In this document: positions 26,244 through 38,496 of the stretch, piece by piece | How the letters are laid out: each line of letters begins with the position of its first letter | Numbering within the stretch: the first letter of the stretch is position 1 | NCBI GenBank assembly: GCA_964187785.1 | Contig: OZ076409.1 | Coordinates: 6,326,001-6,390,000 of the forward strand | Origin: Amphiscolops sp. MND2022 | Taxonomy: Eukaryota | Direction: 5' to 3' | DNA length: 64,000 nucleotides | Made by a program: the position numbers and the translations under genes | The notes under the pieces: generated by a model | What the model was told of the DNA's origin: nothing | The model's input: only the letters and a program-made list of their open reading frames with translations | Databases searched by the model: none

Positions 26244-29200
26244 ATGGAAAGCAGCAGGAGTCGGAAGATTGATCGTGAGGACGTTCCAAGGATGCGGACC
26301 AGGTCTTGGGGACACAAATCCCCAGCTACTTCTTCACCCCGTAAGTTCGAATTTGTTTATTAGTTTCAGTTTAGAGTTTCTGTGAGAAAATAGCTGGCCA
26401 GGCTAAAACCTCAAGATTTTCAGATCAATGCATGCTTTTGATCATAATTTGATTTTCGAAAGTTTCTACACTTCCGGTTTCATGTTCATTCGACTTCCGC
26501 TTCCGTGTATTTTCTTTTACAGTTTAATACGGACTTGTTAGACGGTTTAGTCGCATTTGATTCATTACTTTATCGTTGAATAAAGCATATGTTTCAGTCG
26601 AACTTGGAGCTACAATCAAGTCGCCTACCCAGTCACCTACAAAGATATATACTCCTCTGCAGGTCGTCTCACCCAGCCATTCCGAACCCTCGATTTATAG
26701 TATTCCCCTACCAGCTGATCTTCCTCTGAACCACGCGAGGGAAGATATTGAACAACTTCTCTCCGAATCAGGCGGCCTAACGACTGACACAACCATGGAT
26801 GAGGAAACGGTGACCCAAACCTCACTTCTTAACCTCATGCAATTAGTTGAACAAGAACAACCACCAGAGACTCCACTGGCTGATGATGATGACACCCCTA
26901 GTGATGCTGCTGATCAGGATATAGATGAAAACATTGAGCCTCCAATTTTCGGAACCTTTTCTCCTCGTTATAGCCAATTTTTGACTGCTGAATTACGAGC
27001 CGCCATTTCTCAACCCAATACTCCCCCCGTAGAACATAGTCAGACACACAATGTCGATCCTACGTTAACTTTACCGCGCCAAATTTTGAGTGAGGGAATT
27101 AAGGAGGTTCCAACCGGGTCTGGACTCAATATTAACATTACGCAAAATGAAGTAGCGATTTTGAGAAACGTCTTGGATCGGATACCACAGTCCCTTTTGG
27201 TCAGGAGCACAGATGAGCCCAATCCGGAATTTTCAGTATCTGTGGTCGCGAACCCCCCTGTACCGGTTTTCAGTCCCACCCGTAATCCCGAACCAGGAGT
27301 GGGAACAAGTGAACGTCCGCTCAGAGATATTACTGAGTATGAGGAAGAAGATTCGTCTGCTAGACCCGCCAAGCGCCCAAGACCACGATACTGTCTCACT
27401 GAAGCCATGTTCAGGAAACATCCTGTTCTGAAATTTTTCGCAACAGGGCCAATAGACCGCGAAAAGACACCATATAAGTGGTGGTGTAGGGTCTGTCGGG
27501 TTGAATTGTCCCTCATGAGCCGCGGCCCACTCGAACTGTTGTCGCATTACAAAACTGAATCACACCTCTTGAAGGAACACCGAATTAGAATGGAGACGCC
27601 TGGCCTACCATTATATGACAGGGAAGAGATGGAGTTACAAGGAATTGCTCTACAGGAAGCTAAGCGATCGGCTAAAGACATGCACCCCATCGCCCCACAA
27701 CGTGACTTATGTCGATTACTTGTTGGACAAGAAAAACTCCCTGAGCTTAGAAGTGATTCTACGCCGATTGATGTCGTATTGTCCCAGATACGGGTTCTTG
27801 AACTTGGACTCAAACACGGGGGCAATGTTGCGAGTTTGGTAGCAATACACGACGAGATACTGCAACACTCAGCCGGAGGAAGTGCAATCCAGACCCTCGA
27901 TTGGAGTGATTCGCGAATTTTTGTTAGTATTTATTGCATTTATTATAGAATTATACCTCTGACAGCATGGCATGATTTAATGAGATAAGAATATCCAAAC
28001 TCTAATTCCTATTGACATCACTCAATCATTAGTTTTTGTTTCAGGGGATGTTGGTGTACATGTTTCGCGAGCTTGTCAATTATTGTGTTACCCATATTGG
28101 CTCGTCTCAGAATTACTCTTTGTCTTTGTATCGGACCCCAACCAAAATTCTGCTCTTCATTAGCTTTTGGTCTGGAAATGTTTACCAGCGAGTCTGTATC
28201 GGGGCAGGGCCAAGAGGAGTGTTAGTTCCAAGGAAACTACTCGACTTGTTATCTTCTTTCATTACCCTCTTTCAAGCGCCGCCAACTTGTGTGACTCTTA
28301 TTGGCATGTGTGAAAGACTCAATGTAAGCCTTACTGCAACACTACCTGGTAGCTTCCGGCCTAGTACAGTCAACAGTTTTGGACCGAATGAGTTTGAGAA
28401 GTGTCTATCACTTCCTACTGCCAGGATAATAGAGAGGCATGATTTTCGGACCATAATCGATTTTTTGTTGACAAAGTTACGAACTGCCCTTGATCGTGAC
28501 TGGTTACAGTCCTTGCCACTACTACACAAGGTAAGATATTTCCCGTCTCTTCTAATAGTTGATTGATTTTTGTAGTTTCCACATCATAAAAATTTCTTTA
28601 CAGGCAGTACTCAGTCTCGAGTATACTCTAGTTGAAGCTTCCTCCCTGATCGAGTGTTTTTCTTCCAACTGGGACAGAATCAGAGATCATCTGACCCAAG
28701 TTTCTCGATTGCCGGCATATCGCTTCCATATGAAAGAAGTACGTAACTCTCATTGCTGGATTTTACATTTGTAAGACTTTTGTTTTAATTTCGATTTTCG
28801 TTCTAGCCCAGCGCGCTCGACGAATGCTTTCGCCTGGATACGGCTTATCTAGCTCGATTATTTGTCATCCGTTGCATCATCGACAATTGTTAGTACAACC
28901 TCATCATTTTCACTCCTTTAGCACTATTTCGCTAGTTCCATTCCATTTTCGCTATCATCCAGTTCCATTTTTGTCTCCATCTTTTAAAAGATTTTGGTCT
29001 TTAAAACTCGCTGAAAAACTCCAATTTCTATTTCAACAATAGATTACTCTGTGTTTCTTCTTTATGAGGCCATAGAGGATATTTCCACGTGCTTTCAATT
29101 ATTTCCGCATAATCACGCACATGCAGTTTACCATAATCCGTCTAATGACGTATATATGTGCTAATACCCCACGTCCGCTGACACACAGTTTAGATTCATA

Positions 29201-30656
29201 ATCCGCCTAGGGACGTTCCTACGTCATTCGGGATTCCGCATAGTGACGCATTATCCATATTCAATTTCCGCATGATAGCGCAGTGCTTCATGCTTGGTTT
29301 CGTGAAGTGACGTAGTGCTGAGAATCATTTTCTGCATAGTGACGTAGTACATTATACTAAATTCCGCATATTAACGTATTGTTGAGAATCATTTTCCGCA
29401 TAGTGACGCATATGCGCCACTGAAGGTTCCGCAATGTCACATATCTTTAGCTTCAGCTTCCGTATGATGACGTGTAATCTCGATCACTAATTCTGCATCG
29501 AAGTGTATTTCTCATTCAAAGGATGATCCATCTTCATGCGATATGTTTTGTTTTAGACACTTCCGCGTTTTCCGATTTGCAGAGCCATCTCGACCAAGGA
29601 TTCAGAATCTTTAACCAGTTTTCTGTATTTATATACAGTCAGTTACAGCTGATATTGCCAGATAGTTTTCTCGGGGATATTTCTGAATGGGATTCCTACT
29701 TGAAGGTTGACCTGACACAGACTGATCTTCCTTTCAAGACCCCCGCAGATTTCATTCTGAACCCGGATTACCACCATTTGATTACTTCCAGCCGTTTACC
29801 ACGTCCTAGCAAGTTTGTGGAGCAATCAATGGCGTTCTGCAAATCTTTCTGTGGTGTACTTTTATCCCACAACATTTTGAAATCACCTCTGATTCGTGGT
29901 TTATCTTCTTTTGATAGCGCTGTCATGTTAGATGGGCCTGAGCGTCATTACATAGCCGCTATAGAAGATCTCACAAGCTATTTTGTATCTTCCAGTTTGA
30001 TTACTCCTGGGGACAAAACCAAATGTGTCAGTCAGTATCGATCATTGGTGACCAAATTCCGTACTGCTAGTGACGTCCCGAGAGGTGATTGGGTTCTATT
30101 CCTTGGGGCTTATTACGAGATGCAGAGCCGACCGGAACTTTCTAGTGTGTTTCGGTATGCCAGTCTATGTTTACCGCCAACTGTTACGATGCCAACTTCC
30201 TTCAAGATTTCAGTCCCAGATCTTGCTTCCGACCAAGAGGTGTTCCAGTCCGTAGTCAGCAGTTTGCAGCTTTCATATGTCACCGTTCCCAACGTTTCTA
30301 GTCTTTACCAGGATCCTCGATCCGTTTATCGTATATTTCGTTTGTTGGGGCGGGGACGGGAGTTGCTCAGTGACAAAAAGTTTTCTGTTTGGACCTTTTC
30401 ACGTGGCAGTGTACCTAAACGGCTTGCCTTACGAGAAAAAATGGAGACTGCGTATAAAAAGACAGTTTTACATGGTGAAGGATTGCCTATCTTTTTGGAT
30501 GTGTCTTCACCAAGTGGTAGTGCTCCTTCTAGTAGCAACAGTTCTCCGCTTCCTGGTCCTTCTCTGGGGCTCGTTTCTGTGAGTGTCGCTCGTTGTGGTG
30601 AGGCAGAGGTAAACAATGACAAGACCAAGAAGAAAACCAAGGCTAAGAAGTCTTGA
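26244..30656 (+). CDS. Six-exon antisense gene of Gypsy-C, ~1074 aa, BED-like zinc finger / hAT-transposase-derived protein
   Basis: Exons 26244-26340, 26598-27922, 28045-28530, 28604-28738, 28807-28888, 29557-30656. All five introns are GT-AG with matching phases (1,0,0,0,1), giving 3225 nt open. WWCRVC-x16-H-x5-H. NLS-like RPAKRPRPR and KKKTKAKKS. Confidence 0.8.
29095..29480. repeat. Degenerate TTCCGCATAGTGACGYA motif array in intron 5
   Basis: About ten copies spaced roughly 30-45 bp. Same motif family as in the 65-bp array and the LTRs. Confidence 0.75.
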
Positions 30657-30851
30657 TCGAATGAGCTCGCTTCACAACTTTTATATTAGTTGACTTTTTG
30701 ATGGTTATAAACTGTGTTCTCTTATGTTTTGTTTGTATTTATTTTATAGTTATGTTGTTTGCTACCACAAAGGTACTGTTTTTGAGGGAAATTCTGTATT
30801 ACTCAATTCCCAGGAAGGAAGTTAGAAACAAAATTTTGTAGAAGTTTGTTT

Positions 30852-33800
30852 TTAGTATCTATAGGAGTCTGAGTAGTTTGGGTTAGGGTTGGGGCGTAAG
30901 TTGTATTTTTCACCACGAGTATTTATGGGTTCTTCTTGCAATGGAGTTTTTTGTGAGTTTTCTGGAGTATTTTGAATGTCGTTCACTGGTGAATTTTCGA
31001 TATCTTTTTGGGTTTTTTGGGTAATTTGGGCATCCTCTCCACTTTGTTGTGGACTTTCATTTTCATGATTTTCATTTGGTTCAGTGGTCTGTTCCACTGG
31101 GCTCCCCTCACTACTTTTTGGAAATTTGGGGGAGGGAGGGTGGTTATTTTCAGGTACTTCAACAGGTATGTATTCGATATCATCAGTATTTTGTGTATGA
31201 TCTGGAGGGCTATCCTCAAATGGGTTAGGTCCAAAATTTGTATTCCATGATTGGGCATATAAGTCATCATGAGCTACTGGCATCTGATCATCTTTTTGCC
31301 AATCAGTTTCGCGAACGAAAATGTCTGCTAATGGCGCTTGCGGGGTAAATTTCCGTGAACGGATCCTGTGTAGTAATTGCGTTTTGTTAGTTCCAAGTCT
31401 CCGAACAATATAATTATTGTTAGGGAGTACTTTTTCTATTTTATATGGACCACACCATCTGAATTCTCGGAATGGTATTTTTGTCGCTTGAGTATCTGCT
31501 TTTGGGTTAAGAATATAACAATAGTCCGTCGTTTCAAGCGGAGCTGCTTTGGCTTTTCGATCATAGTAAGCTTTGTATTTGAGGTACGATTGCATAATGT
31601 TCTTCTTAGTTTGATCCAAGAGGATTTTCATTCGTTTTTGAATTTCTTCTGCCACATCTGACTGTGGTTGGTATCGTGGGTTAGGGTTATATCCGAGTTT
31701 GTAGTCGAGGATATTATGTGGTATTCTACCATGGAAAACTCGTGAAGGTTCACAGCCGAGTGATGCATGGTATGTTGTATTGTGGTTGAGGACTGCCAGT
31801 GGGAGATATTTATGCCAATTATTTCTGAATTCGCCTGTTGCAGCTTTCAGATGTGTTTTCACTGAGGCATGGGTTCTCTCGAGGAGTCCTATTGTTTGGG
31901 CATGTTTCATTGTGGCATGTTTAAGTTCAATTCCTAGCACTGCTGCAGTTTCGTGAGTCACCTGTGCGTTGAACTGGGTTCCTAAATCCGTGATTATTGT
32001 CGTTGGTAGGTAGGTGTGTTTGCATAATATATCCATGACGACTCTTGATACTGCTGTTGCAGTGATACGAGTTACGGGATATGCGAACAAATACCTCGAG
32101 AAAACATCTATGGCTGTGATAATATGGTCATATCCTCCGCTCGGGAGGGAGGTTTGGTAGGATGTCCATCTGTAGGATGTCTTCCGGACCTAGATCCCAT
32201 TCTGGACAATTAAGGAGTTCTGTCCTTAGGAGGTCATTGTTAATACGTTTGGTTTGGATGCAGGTTTGACAGTTACTGCCCCACTTTTTTATGTACTTTG
32301 CCATACAAGGATAGTAATATTTTTGTCTTGCTTCTTGTATCATTTTCGTGATACCTGGGTGGTTTGAATTATGGCCATGTAGGGCTTGGAGGAATTCGTC
32401 TACGAGTTGAATCGGAAGGAGAATTTGGTAATGTTATACTGTTCCAGTATCCGTATAGTATTTCCTGGTCAGGACTTCTTGTTTTATCTCAATCCGTGTT
32501 ATGTTTTGCAGATAGTGGTGGTATCGGTAGTCAGATGCTAAATCGTTTTCGTCAAAGGGTTCGCCCTCTATTTTCGCTCTGAGATTTCTGAGAACAATGT
32601 CATTATTTTGTTCGAGGCGAATCCTTGCATTGTCTCTGAAGTATCCTGATGATACCGAGATCAAACCCGATGTGGGTTTGTGGAAATGTTGTAGTTCAGA
32701 GATGTCATTTTCTGGTTCGTTGTGGGTTTCAGTTTGAGCTTGTGTACGTACATTTTGTTTTTCTTCCCAAAGTTGATTCTCGTCTATTTCATCATCGGGG
32801 AGAATGTAGATTTGTTCTTCTTCTACGATACCTGATGATTGGATGTTGACTTCTATTGCCTTTGTGTAGATGTCATCGCGGATAGTCATTTCTAGCTTTT
32901 CTTTTGGGTTTACTTCTGTTCTGGATAAAAAATCTGCTGCAGTGTTCAAGGAACCAGCAACGTGGGCAATGACAAAATTATATTGCAATACATAATCGCA
33001 GGCGTTCCAGAGTGCTGGAGGAATCATTTTTGTTTGAAAGAATCGGGTTACCGAGCGATTGTCAGTAAACACGATTACCGGGAAGGTGTTGCCCCACATC
33101 AGGTGTCCAAATTCCACAAATGCGAAGTGTATGGAAAGGAATTCTTTTGCGTAGATTGACATCTTGGTTTGTGAGGGATTGAATGTTTTGGATCCAAACG
33201 CTATGGGTGCATAGGTTTTTCGTTTGGATTGTAACGTCTGGTTCGGGTCATCTTCTATCATGATTGCATAGCCCGCCGCAGTAAAACTAGCATCAGACAT
33301 GACTATGAGCTGTTTGTGTTTTAGTGGTTATTTCAGTGCCAGTTGGCAGCAATTTTCGAGAAGTTTGTTTAAGCTTGCAAAGTCGTCGACTAAATTTGTT
33401 GGTACATAGAACTTGGAAGTTTCTTTGAGGAGTTTGAAAAACGGGGTTAGACGTTCTGAGAGGCGAGGAATGTAGTTTCGGTAATAATTCAAAAATCCGA
33501 TATACCTTTGTAATGCCTTTTTTGATTTAGGAAAACGAAGCTTTGAGAGGAAGTCTTTAACCTTGTCGGCTTGTGGGGCGACTCCATCTGGGGTGATTGT
33601 ACGACCCAGAAAGTCGACTTGTTTGACTCCGAAATGACATCTAGACATTGAGAGTTTTAATCCTGCGTTGCGGATGCATTCAAACACTGTTTTGATGTTA
33701 AGACACAATTGTTTGGTGTCGTTGGCTGCTATGCCTATGTCATCGACATATTGGGCACATTGGTCTGCTTTAATCGCTTTGTCTAGGTAGTCTCTCATGA

Positions 33801-35706
33801 AACTCGAAAATGCTGAAAGGGATCTGCTGAGACCCTGGGCAAGCCTACGGTATGCGAATGTTCTGCTTGCAAAGTTAAAAGCGAGCATTTGTATGGACTG
33901 ATAATCTGCCATTTGGAGGCAGTGGTAAGCCTGGGAGCAGACTAGTTTACAGAAAAGTTTTTTCCCCGCCATATGTTGGGCTGCATCCGATAATGTGCTT
34001 ACCGGGTGGTTGTTGTTGGCGTAATCTTCTGTGATTAAGTTGTTGATTTTTCGTAGGTCGACTAGAAGTCTGAGCCGCCCGTTAGGTTTGCGTTGTGCAA
34101 AGAATGGGCTTGCGTATTTTGAGAAGGGTAGAGTTGTTATGATGCCATACTTGTGTAGAAGTGCGAGTTCTACAGTGATATCATCTTTGAGGGTAATTGG
34201 AGTCGGTAGACTTTGGCTATAAGCAGGTCTGTCATCGTTGGGTGTGAGTTTTACTTTGAATTCGCGATTTATGCCAATATCAAAACGATGTCTGGCAAAA
34301 ATATCGTGAAACTCAATGAGGATTTCTTCAATTGCTTTGCGTTCATCTGAGGTGAGTGTTGTGTCAGACCAATCGAAGTGTGAGAGAAATGCTGTTCTGG
34401 AGGTTTCACTATCATGTGGGTTTAGTTTCTCGAGTTCTTTGAGTTCGAGAAGTTCATTATATATACGTTGCTGAATTGGGGTGTATGTTGTAGGGTCGCC
34501 TGGTTCTTCAGGTGTAGGGAACCAGTATGTTTCTTGGTCTGAATGTTGTTGTGGTACTTTAAGGAGTTCATTTATGTGGACTTCAGTTGTTTCCTCATAT
34601 TGTATCATGAAGGATAGTAACGCTGGATCAACTGGTTGTATATGTTTGATTTGTTCTGGGGTTAGTATCTTAAAATCTGCTAAATGGGTATCCATTGTGA
34701 TTGTATGGGGCAGTTCTGAAAAGTTGATAATTTGATAACCGATAGCATTGTTGTTAACAGTACTGAGTGATGCAGTAATGAAAATGCTATCATGATTTTC
34801 GTATTGTTGTGATGGGGTAACTATGCCAGTGGCATTATGGTCCATTAGGTGAGGCATTCTGCTTGCTATTGCAAGGGTTTCGCCTGGTTGTAATGTGTAA
34901 GTGTTTTCGGCAAATAATGGTGTTGCTTGGCGTATTGCTGTTTGGGTATCGGGTTTAAGTTGCATTGACAGGTAGGGAAATGTTAAGATGCCTTGGTTGA
35001 CATCGAAAATTGCATTGTTTCTGCGGAGGAAGCACAGTCCTATCAGTGGGTTCGGTAGATTTTTCATGATGATGAAATTTTCTTTTAACATGAAATCAGC
35101 CACTTCGAATTCCAGTAGTACCGTACCAATGGGGACTTCTAGTTGTCCATTTTCCACCATGATTTGGAAGTTTGGTGGGGGACCAGTTTCTTTAATTGCT
35201 TCGTTTGCTAACAACTTTATTTTATTAAGATCTTGTTCGGAGATCGCACTTGTAAGGGCTCCGGTATCAATAAGACCATCAAGTGTAAGCTTTTCGAAGT
35301 CCATTGGGATATAGTACATATGGCGTTTTCGTTTTAATGTCAAAGAGGTTGAGATCGGAAGATATGACAAATTTCGTTCCTTGTCAAATTGTATGTGTTC
35401 GGTGAGGTCTTCATTGAGAAGAGGTTGTTTTTCATCATTGCCAGAAGTTTTAATTAGGACATAATTTTTTGGTGATTGTGGGGATTCTGGGGTTGAGTCA
35501 GTTGTGGGACAGGTTGGTTGTTGTGTAAAGTAGTTGTCTGGTGCGTCATGTAAGAGTTCATATATATCTTCAGGTTGAGTTTCTTGTGTTGTGGAATCAT
35601 TTTTGTTGTTTATGATTTTTGTAGATTTTGGGCTCGGCTGATGCTGCCAGACATCTGCAGGGCTTAATTTTTGTAGTGGGTTTTTGCAAAGGCGTGGCGA
35701 TTCTAG
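30852..35706 (-). pseudogene. pol: Gypsy-C pol (PR, dUTPase-like spacer, RT, RNase H, IN), -1 frame to gag
   Basis: LIDTGA, YVDD, SDASF, integrase HHCC and D..D..E, GPY. Stops at 33328 and 32434, frameshift at ~32140. The first RT Asp position reads Val (KLVCSQAY). Confidence 0.93.
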
Positions 35707-37388
35707 TTTAAATCCTTCGAAGTGGATTGTTGTGGGCGTTCGATTTTTGGTTTTATTGGTTTTCGAGCTTGTTTGTATTCTTCAATAACTTTCTTTTGGG
35801 CGTCGGTGAGATTCCACTTAGGTGGGCGATTTTCCATGTTGGCGCCAAAGTAGCAATTTTCTTCCTCGTGACCTGGTGTGTTGCAGTTTTCACACTTTGC
35901 CGCATCCGGGTCTTCTTCAAGTTTTCGTCGTTTTGCTAGTTTGGGGCAATCGGCCATCATATGTCCTGCCTCTTTGCAATAACGGCATTGGTTATTTTTG
36001 AGTGTTTTGTCAGGTACTGTTTTAGGCGTTTGTTTTTTGGTTTTTTCGTTCGGTTTTTTGTTAGTCTTCTCAGTGTTTTGCTCTTTTTTAGTAGCGGTCA
36101 TTTGGGTTTTAACTAGGGGTTCATCTGCTTCGAGACCGTTAAGTTCCATCTCTCTTTCGAGATGTTTAACTATCTGATCGTATGTTCCATTTTCGAGGTA
36201 GGCTTGGTTTATGGACTTTTTGAGATGTGGGGGCATTTTTGCGTAAAGTAGATTCTCTATCATTTGATGGGCGTTGTCCCCAAACGCTTTCTCGGCACTT
36301 TTTTGGAGTTCTTCCAGGAAATCCGGGAGTTTTTGGTTCTCTGGGTCAAATGAGAGTCTGTTGAATCGATGCTTGGCAGATGCGCTAGACTCTGGTTTGA
36401 CGTATTTTCTGCGGAAGACCTTTAGAATATCATCTAAGGTTGTATTTGGGGTTCTTTGTAAGTTTTTGAATGTTTTGAGAGCCAAACCTCTTAGATGTGC
36501 GTGAAAATGGTTGATTTTCATTTCCTCTGTTAGGTTTGGTTGCATTCGAAGTGTTGTGTGGAATAAGTCTTCAAAGTATTCGAATTTCTCATTTTTCTCA
36601 TTTTTCCCATTGAAGGTGAGTGTATTTTTAGGATGAAATAATGACTGTGGAGAATTTTTGTTTGCCAATTTTTCGATTGCTAATGCAATCTGATTTACTG
36701 GATCGAGAGGCTTCGGTGTCATATTCGACGAGTTTTGGTCTGCGCGGGATCCTAATGTGTCGTTTAGCTTCTGTGAGCTTTGTCTATGGAGTTGTCGGTT
36801 GGCTCCTGTCACCATGTGATAATCCTCTATTTCTGCTTCTGAGTCTTCGTCAGAATGTATAGTTACGTCTACGTCTGATTCACTTCGAAACAGAGGTTTC
36901 GCAGGATGCTTAAAGTCCTTCATTTTAGAAGCCCTAAGAGGATAATCGTCGCTTTCAGAATCTGAATTTTCTTTATTAGATGCGTGAACTCCTATAGGCG
37001 GGTCTATCCTGGATCCCGATGGTTGTGGTTCTTGTATTTCATTTGCTTCAGATCTTGGATTTGTTGTTATTGAAGCACTTTTATTGCATTTTATCTCTTT
37101 TAGAATTGCTTCTAGTTAACTGTCCATTTCTTCTCTCATTCTCTCTATCCTTTCTGTCTTTTTCCGTTCAACGATCTGAGTCCAAACTTGTATCTCATCA
37201 CTAATTTGACTGGGTTCTCTTAGTTGGTTTTCAAGGTTCGGTTCACTTAGATTTTCTTGGACATTTAGATTAGAATTAGTTAAAGTTATATTACCTGTTT
37301 CTGAAGAATCAACTCTAGTTTCGCTCACTTCTCTCTAAGGAGATGGGGTTGCTAGTCTCCTTGATCTTCGGCTTCTTTTATTTCCCAT
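35703..37388 (-). pseudogene. gag: Gypsy-C gag (~561 codons, starts inside the LTR, two stops in this copy)
   Basis: ATG at 37388 (MGNKRSRRSRR) is in frame with ORFs 37116-37328 and 35703-36923. Two CCHC knuckles (CRYCKEAGHMMADC, CENCNTPGHEEENC). Both stops are sense codons in the 3' LTR copy. Confidence 0.88.
35706..35712 (-). promoter_or_regulatory. -1 ribosomal frameshift slippery site T TTA AAC
   Basis: XXXYYYZ heptamer directly before the gag TAG. The -1 frame is open from here into the protease. Confidence 0.8.
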
Positions 37389-38491
37389 TTCACTTAGCAG
37401 AAAACGAGTTATGTTTGCTGGGGAAGAATTTGAATTATGTTCTCAGTATGGAAAAGTCCAAACTTTGGAAAACAATGAAAACTGATGGTATTTGCAAGAG
37501 TCTGGAGAAGTTGATACAACTGCACTTCAGGAGGGTTATTTCAATTGTGTCTTGCATTTAGGAAATCCCCTCTTCAAAATATAAAAAGAATGACAGTCAT
37601 TTTTACAAGTATCATGTAGTCCTGGAAAACACGAAAATAGGATAACGTCAAATCACGTAATTCTATTTATATCGCTCCCACAATAATGCAAATGCGTCTA
37701 GTCATCATTAAAACCCTAAAGAAAATACTGTAAAATGATATAATAAGCACCCCAAATGCTATTTGATAAAGTACAATTGCATGACGTTCAAAACTACACA
37801 TTTAGCTGAAAACCGCATAAATCCGCATATACTTTGTACCCGAATTCGTAGGGTGACGTATAACACACGTGAACGTTTTCCTCACGTCTGGTTAGTAGTG
37901 TATATACAGCACAATGCGATACGCACAATATTTTGATCAAAAACGTATGTTAACGTATGTTCGTCACTGCGGGAATCGTATAGTGACGTATACTATGAAT
38001 GATGGAAAAGCATATTACCGTATACCCTGATAGTTTAAAAACGTATCTTTATGCATATTCAAAAAACGTATAACACCGCATACTCAAAAATCAGTTCACG
38101 CATAATGGTGTATGCTCAGAAAGCCATTTTATGTATAATGACGCATCCTTGTTAATTGAAAAGTGTCTAATGACGTATGTCCACAGTTCTAATTGTAGCA
38201 TGATTACGCATAATGTGGAATCAGAAGTCACAGATTGATCTTGCTTATGTAGTTTTTAAGCACATGTTACTTTTATGAATGAAATTCTGATGAATTTGAC
38301 ATCACTGAAGGGTTCAGAAAATATCCTAGAATGAAATTCATCAATGGAGAGAAACAAATAATCAGCATCATAATATAAAAATACCATCAACATGAGAATT
38401 AATCGGAGTTTAAAATGTTTTGTTATCAGGTCTTTCAGGTGTTCCTTTCACTGTTGCACAACGGAACCATCGCACCTCGAGGGATGCGACA
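36815..38491 (-). repeat. Gypsy-C 5' LTR
   Basis: Ends CA immediately before the PBS TGG on the minus strand. Confidence 0.95.
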
Positions 38492-38496
38492 ATAGG

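Larger units (their letters stand above)
21818..38491 (-). mobile_element. Gypsy-C, 16.7-kb LTR retrotransposon with accessory genes
   Basis: 1677-bp TG..CA LTRs (21818-23494, 36815-38491; ~16 substitutions by eye). TSD ATAGG. PBS TGGTGACAGGAG (tRNA-Leu-like) at 36803-36814. Domain order gag-PR-RT-RH-IN. Confidence 0.95.

Noticed and set aside
26576..29556. Separate genes for ORFs 26576, 28036, 28559 and 29523
   Set aside because: Their ends run into intron-like sequence; they join in phase as one gene.
23451..30656. env gene in the post-pol position
   Set aside because: No signal peptide, furin/fusion peptide or TM anchor seen; the larger gene is antisense and looks nuclear.
21818..38491. 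DIRS-type element or segmental duplication explaining the 1.7-kb repeats
   Set aside because: TG..CA ends, PBS, 5-bp TSD and a DDE integrase define ordinary LTRs.
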